Part shown: positions 47,570 through 50,725 of the stretch, piece after piece | Position numbering within the stretch: position 1 is the first letter of the stretch | Layout of the letters: every line of letters starts with the position of its first letter | IMG/VR virus record: IMGVR_UViG_3300038334_000143 | Coordinates: 1 to 50,725 of that record | Source: a virus | Lineage: Duplodnaviria; Caudoviricetes | Strand: one strand, 5' to 3' | Length of the DNA stretch: 50,725 bases | The notes under the pieces: generated by a model | Databases searched by the model: none | What the model saw: only the letters and a program-made list of their open reading frames with translations | Told to the model about the DNA's origin: nothing | Made by a program: the position numbers and the translations under genes

Positions 47570-47693
47570 GGCGCGGTGGCGGAATTGGTAGACGCACGAA
47601 AGACAGTTCACTCCGGTTTGACGGTCAAATGGATTTCGTTCCGATATGCAGTGCACGGTTTATCGGATGCAGGTCCGAATCCTGCCCGCGCCA
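47570..47693 (+). ncRNA. tRNA-Leu-like RNA with expanded anticodon loop
   Basis: Acceptor GGCGCGG/CCGCGCC+A, D arm GCGGAATTGGTAGACGC, stem CGAAA/TTTCG around a ~32-nt loop, variable arm TCCGATA/TATCGGA, GCAGG-TCCGAAT-CCTGC. Confidence 0.72.
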
Positions 47694-47720
47694 CATCAAT
47701 ATTTAGAGGAGGGAAAATCG

Positions 47721-47885
47721 GTGATTAACGAAATACAAGGACATGCAAAAGAACTCGGCATCGACCTATCTGCGTGGACTGAGCCGAAAAAACGTGTCAA
47801 AGACAGAACTCTCGGAGCGACATCACGCAGAAAGAAAACGAAGGCACAGCGTCAAGCAAGGAAAATTCAGAGGAGGAAATCATGA
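47721..47885 (+). CDS. Small basic protein
   Basis: GAGGAGG RBS; RRKKTKAQRQARK tail. Confidence 0.55.
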   Translation: MINEIQGHAKELGIDLSAWTEPKKRVKDRTLGATSRRKKTKAQRQARKIQRRKS

Positions 47886-48709
47886 TAACCGAACTCGAAT
47901 TAACCGAACTACTTCAAAAGGTATGGCGGACCGAGCCTTTCTCACTTACCTATACGGGCAAGAAGCACAAAAAGATCGATGGCCTGTACCGCCCAGAGTT
48001 GCGGGAAATAGTGATCAATAACCGGAATTTCAGCAACGACACGGAATTGATCTACACCGCCCTTCATGAGTACGCCCACCATGTTCAAAACACGGTGTAC
48101 TTCATGAAAAGCAATCCCCACGACACGGAATTCTGGCGGATATTTCACGAGCTGCTCTTCGAGGCGGAAAAGATCGGCGTCTATAAAAACGCTGTGCGCG
48201 GTGAGTTTAAAAACACATTCGATCTGCTGCTCGAAGTGAATGAGAAATTCAATGCCGCTATGATGGAATTTTTTCTGTCAATGGAAAATCTCAAGGAAGT
48301 CATGGGGCCGGAGAATATCAATCAATTCACCGATGCATGTGAACGTTGCTTAAAGCTCCCCAGGGGCGAGGCGAAAAAGATATCCGCACTGGCACGACTC
48401 GGAGAGACGGGATTTCAATACAATGTAATGATGAAGCTCGCCGGGATGAAGGACATCAGCGGCCCAGCCCTCGACAAGCTCAGATTTGAGAAGCCCGGAC
48501 AACCCGCTGATCCCGCAGAGTCTATATCATATGAGATATTCAAGCACATGCACGCAGGGCAGAAATATGAGACCGAACTCGAATATCTCAAAGACCTGAA
48601 AGAAAAGGTCGGCAATGCAGTCGAGCGCGGCAAAGAGAAGGTGCTCCGTTTGGCGGCAAAGATCGGCAGGCTTATGCGGGGCAGGAATATTGAGGAGGTG
48701 GGAGCATGA
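47882..48709 (+). CDS. SprT-like zinc metalloprotease domain protein
   Basis: GLY...IVIN, ALHEYAHH (HExxH), PHDTEFW. Confidence 0.75.
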   Translation: MITELELTELLQKVWRTEPFSLTYTGKKHKKIDGLYRPELREIVINNRNFSNDTELIYTALHEYAHHVQNTVYFMKSNPHDTEFWRIFHELLFEAEKIGVYKNAVRGEFKNTFDLLLEVNEKFNAAMMEFFLSMENLKEVMGPENINQFTDACERCLKLPRGEAKKISALARLGETGFQYNVMMKLAGMKDISGPALDKLRFEKPGQPADPAESISYEIFKHMHAGQKYETELEYLKDLKEKVGNAVERGKEKVLRLAAKIGRLMRGRNIEEVGA

Positions 48710-48892
48710 GCAAACTACTGACACGACAGGACGTCATTGATACTGGTTAAAGCAACCGAAGGAAATTTTAAATAGTTACGTTTGTTCAAACTGCAGGGAC
48801 ATCTTAATGACCGAAGATCATAAAATCTATAAATGTAAAAATCCTGAATGTGCAAACTGTGATTTAGAAATAGTCAGCAAGGAGGGCCGGGC

Positions 48893-49444
48893 ATGAGCGA
48901 CCTAATCAGACTGAAAAAGAAGCAATTTAATTTTGACCAGGTTTGTTTTGTTGCCAGCGTTATTGATCTGTCGCTTGCCGAAATAAAACCGGTCTTTAGA
49001 TTTATTTGCAGTACCGGTAAAGATATTGTCGCTACAGATGCGAAGCGTCTTTTTATCGCAGCGTGTGAAATGCCTGAAGGATATTATGAACTAATAAAAC
49101 GAACAAAAAGTGAAATCATCCTACACAAGACGGAGACGGAAGTAAATTTTCCCAACTGGCAAGCGGTTATTCCTGAAAAGTATGAGACATGGACATCGCA
49201 TAGATACATGCCCAGTATAAGAGAATCCAGTTATGCCCGTCTGTCAAGAAAACTCCCCGATCAAATAGGGCTGAGCTATCGAATGCTCCATGAATTATGC
49301 GTATGCGGCATCTTTTGGAAAGTTTTCATACCGCCTGAAGAGAGCCAGTATGCTCCCATTCCATTCGAGAGCACCTCGGTCATCAACGACAGAGTGTTAT
49401 TCAAGGCTTTTATCATGCCTTTAAAACTGAGAGAGGACGATTAA
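48893..49444 (+). CDS. Truncated beta-sliding-clamp-like protein
   Basis: IVATDAKRL, NFPNWQAVIP and C-terminal FIMPL resemble DnaN motifs. Confidence 0.65.
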   Translation: MSDLIRLKKKQFNFDQVCFVASVIDLSLAEIKPVFRFICSTGKDIVATDAKRLFIAACEMPEGYYELIKRTKSEIILHKTETEVNFPNWQAVIPEKYETWTSHRYMPSIRESSYARLSRKLPDQIGLSYRMLHELCVCGIFWKVFIPPEESQYAPIPFESTSVINDRVLFKAFIMPLKLREDD

Positions 49445-50725
49445 ATGATCAACCTCCAATACATAACCGACTTTTATAAATCACGCGGTGGCAGGATCGG
49501 CGCGTCGGACGTGCCAGCCCTGATCCCTCACCCGGACCGACCGAACGAGTCTCTCGCTGGATACGGGCAGACCGCCATCACTCTGTATGAGGAGAAGGTA
49601 GGCCTCAGACAGAGGGAGCCTGCCGGGTTCGCGGCTGAGATGGGTCACTTTTTGGAGCCGAAGGCGCTGAGCGAGTTCATAAGAGATTTCGGGGGGCCTG
49701 TGTTTGACGGTTTTGGTATAGTGGGTGCGGATGTGCAGAAAGACGGCGTTCAATTTTCTTCGTCTATTGCTGACCAATTTTTCCGGGGCTTCATGCTCTG
49801 CGAACTGGACCGCGTGGGGAAAAAGACTCTCGACTGCCGGCCTTTTAACACGACGCCTTTCAGACATCACACTGAGGCCTTGACCGAGTTCGGCGTGGCC
49901 CACGCGGACTGTGTGTATGACGCCTCTCCCTTTTTGCAACATGTAGTCGAAATGGAAAAAAAAGAGGGTTTGTGGCAGTATAAGGCCCACGGTTTAACCG
50001 TCGATTTCTCAAAGCCCTTCCTCATCGAGGCAAAATCTGCCCGGTACTGGACCGTCAAGGCCCGCTCTCGTGACCGGTTCGCCGGGTATGACCTCGATCT
50101 CAAAGAGTGGCAGGGCATCCCGTTGAAACACTATTTTCAACTGCAATATCAAATGGCTCTGTACGACGTAGACGTTGCCTATCTCTCACTGATTTTCGAC
50201 ACATCGGAAAAGCGGTATTGGAAAATCAAGGCGAATAAAAAGCACCAGGCTGAACTCCTGGAGCTGGCCTCACTCATGCACCGGGCTATCAAGCTCAAAC
50301 AGCCGCCGCGTGAGCTGGCAATGAACGCGGCAGATATCCGCAAGTTATACCCGGAAATCCAGGAGGATTTCACCGAGTTGACGGGGGATGAACTGACCCG
50401 CGCTGTGGACTTGTCAAAGGCGTACCGCAAGGCCGATGACCAGGAGAAAGCCTGGAAGCGGAAAAAAGATGACGCTCTCGATGCAGTTTCCATCCTGATG
50501 AAAGATCAACGGGAAATCAAGGGACTTATCACGGGCCCTGACGGTGTGCAGGAATTGAAAACAATTGCACGCTGGAAATCTACCGGCGGCGGTGAGCGGA
50601 TTATGGGGCTGAAAGACATGGTGGAGGCGGACCCGGCAGCGGTGAAGTATCTGCGGCGGAAAAAGCTGATCAAAAAAGCGGAGAGCAATGACAAGCCGGA
50701 TATAAAATTGAAGATGGAGGATTGA
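49445..50725 (+). CDS. YqaJ-like exonuclease (viral recombinase)
   Basis: IGASDV, LYEEKVG, GHFLEP, HADC, IEAK, YFQLQYQM. Confidence 0.9.
   Translation: MINLQYITDFYKSRGGRIGASDVPALIPHPDRPNESLAGYGQTAITLYEEKVGLRQREPAGFAAEMGHFLEPKALSEFIRDFGGPVFDGFGIVGADVQKDGVQFSSSIADQFFRGFMLCELDRVGKKTLDCRPFNTTPFRHHTEALTEFGVAHADCVYDASPFLQHVVEMEKKEGLWQYKAHGLTVDFSKPFLIEAKSARYWTVKARSRDRFAGYDLDLKEWQGIPLKHYFQLQYQMALYDVDVAYLSLIFDTSEKRYWKIKANKKHQAELLELASLMHRAIKLKQPPRELAMNAADIRKLYPEIQEDFTELTGDELTRAVDLSKAYRKADDQEKAWKRKKDDALDAVSILMKDQREIKGLITGPDGVQELKTIARWKSTGGGERIMGLKDMVEADPAAVKYLRRKKLIKKAESNDKPDIKLKMED

Larger units (their letters stand above)
1..50725. mobile_element. Temperate myovirus-like prophage/phage genome (lambda-type head, Mu-type contractile tail)
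   Basis: Integrase, full head/tail/baseplate module, lysis, immunity and replication genes in phage order; no host housekeeping genes seen. Confidence 0.95.

Noticed and set aside
47570-47693. tRNA-Sec/UGA suppressor, tmRNA, or intron-containing tRNA-Leu(CAG)
   Set aside because: TTCA is not in a 7-nt loop and TGA is used as a normal stop here; too short and has a D arm, unlike tmRNA; CAG lies at positions 34-36 but without U33, and the insert is too short for a group I intron with no clear bulge-helix-bulge
1-50725. CRISPR array, DGR/retron reverse transcriptase, IS elements
   Set aside because: No regularly spaced repeat-spacer array, no RT (YxDD) ORF, no TR/VR pair and no transposase seen
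1-50725. attL/attR direct repeats
   Set aside because: Window begins at the integrase ATG and ends at a stop codon; flanks are not included. The YqaJ partner recombinase is also absent and probably lies outside

Overview
The window is most or all of one temperate phage/prophage genome, trimmed to run from an integrase ATG to the stop codon of a YqaJ-like gene. No att sites are visible. The minus-strand late arm (~1.7-26.6 kb) combines a lambda-type packaging/head module (TerS, GpA-type TerL, gpW-like protein, lambda portal, ClpP protease, capsid) with a Mu-type contractile tail, and has a -1 frameshift in the tail chaperone. A lysis cassette and extra virion genes sit unusually between portal and protease. 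A non-coding gap at ~26.65-27.5 kb holds a cos-like site and an iteron-rich candidate origin. The plus-strand early arm has attC-like bounded mini-cassettes, a C5 methyltransferase, a primase-helicase, a twin-promoter operon (DUF2958/DUF4942/JAB/RHH), and an immunity region with an XRE + PAS-LuxR + small-ORF module beside cI. It also has an antirepressor, an RNA cluster (tRNA-Tyr plus tRNA-like RNAs), SSB, VRR-NUC, an SF2 helicase, and SprT-like, beta-clamp-like and YqaJ-like genes. Strongest leads: two Leu-type tRNA-like RNAs lacking a functional anticodon loop, the PAS-LuxR sensory module next to the repressor, and integron-cassette-like units without an IntI. A spirochaete-like host is an unverified impression from the integrase. 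All protein calls come from reading motifs and synteny by eye, not from database searches.
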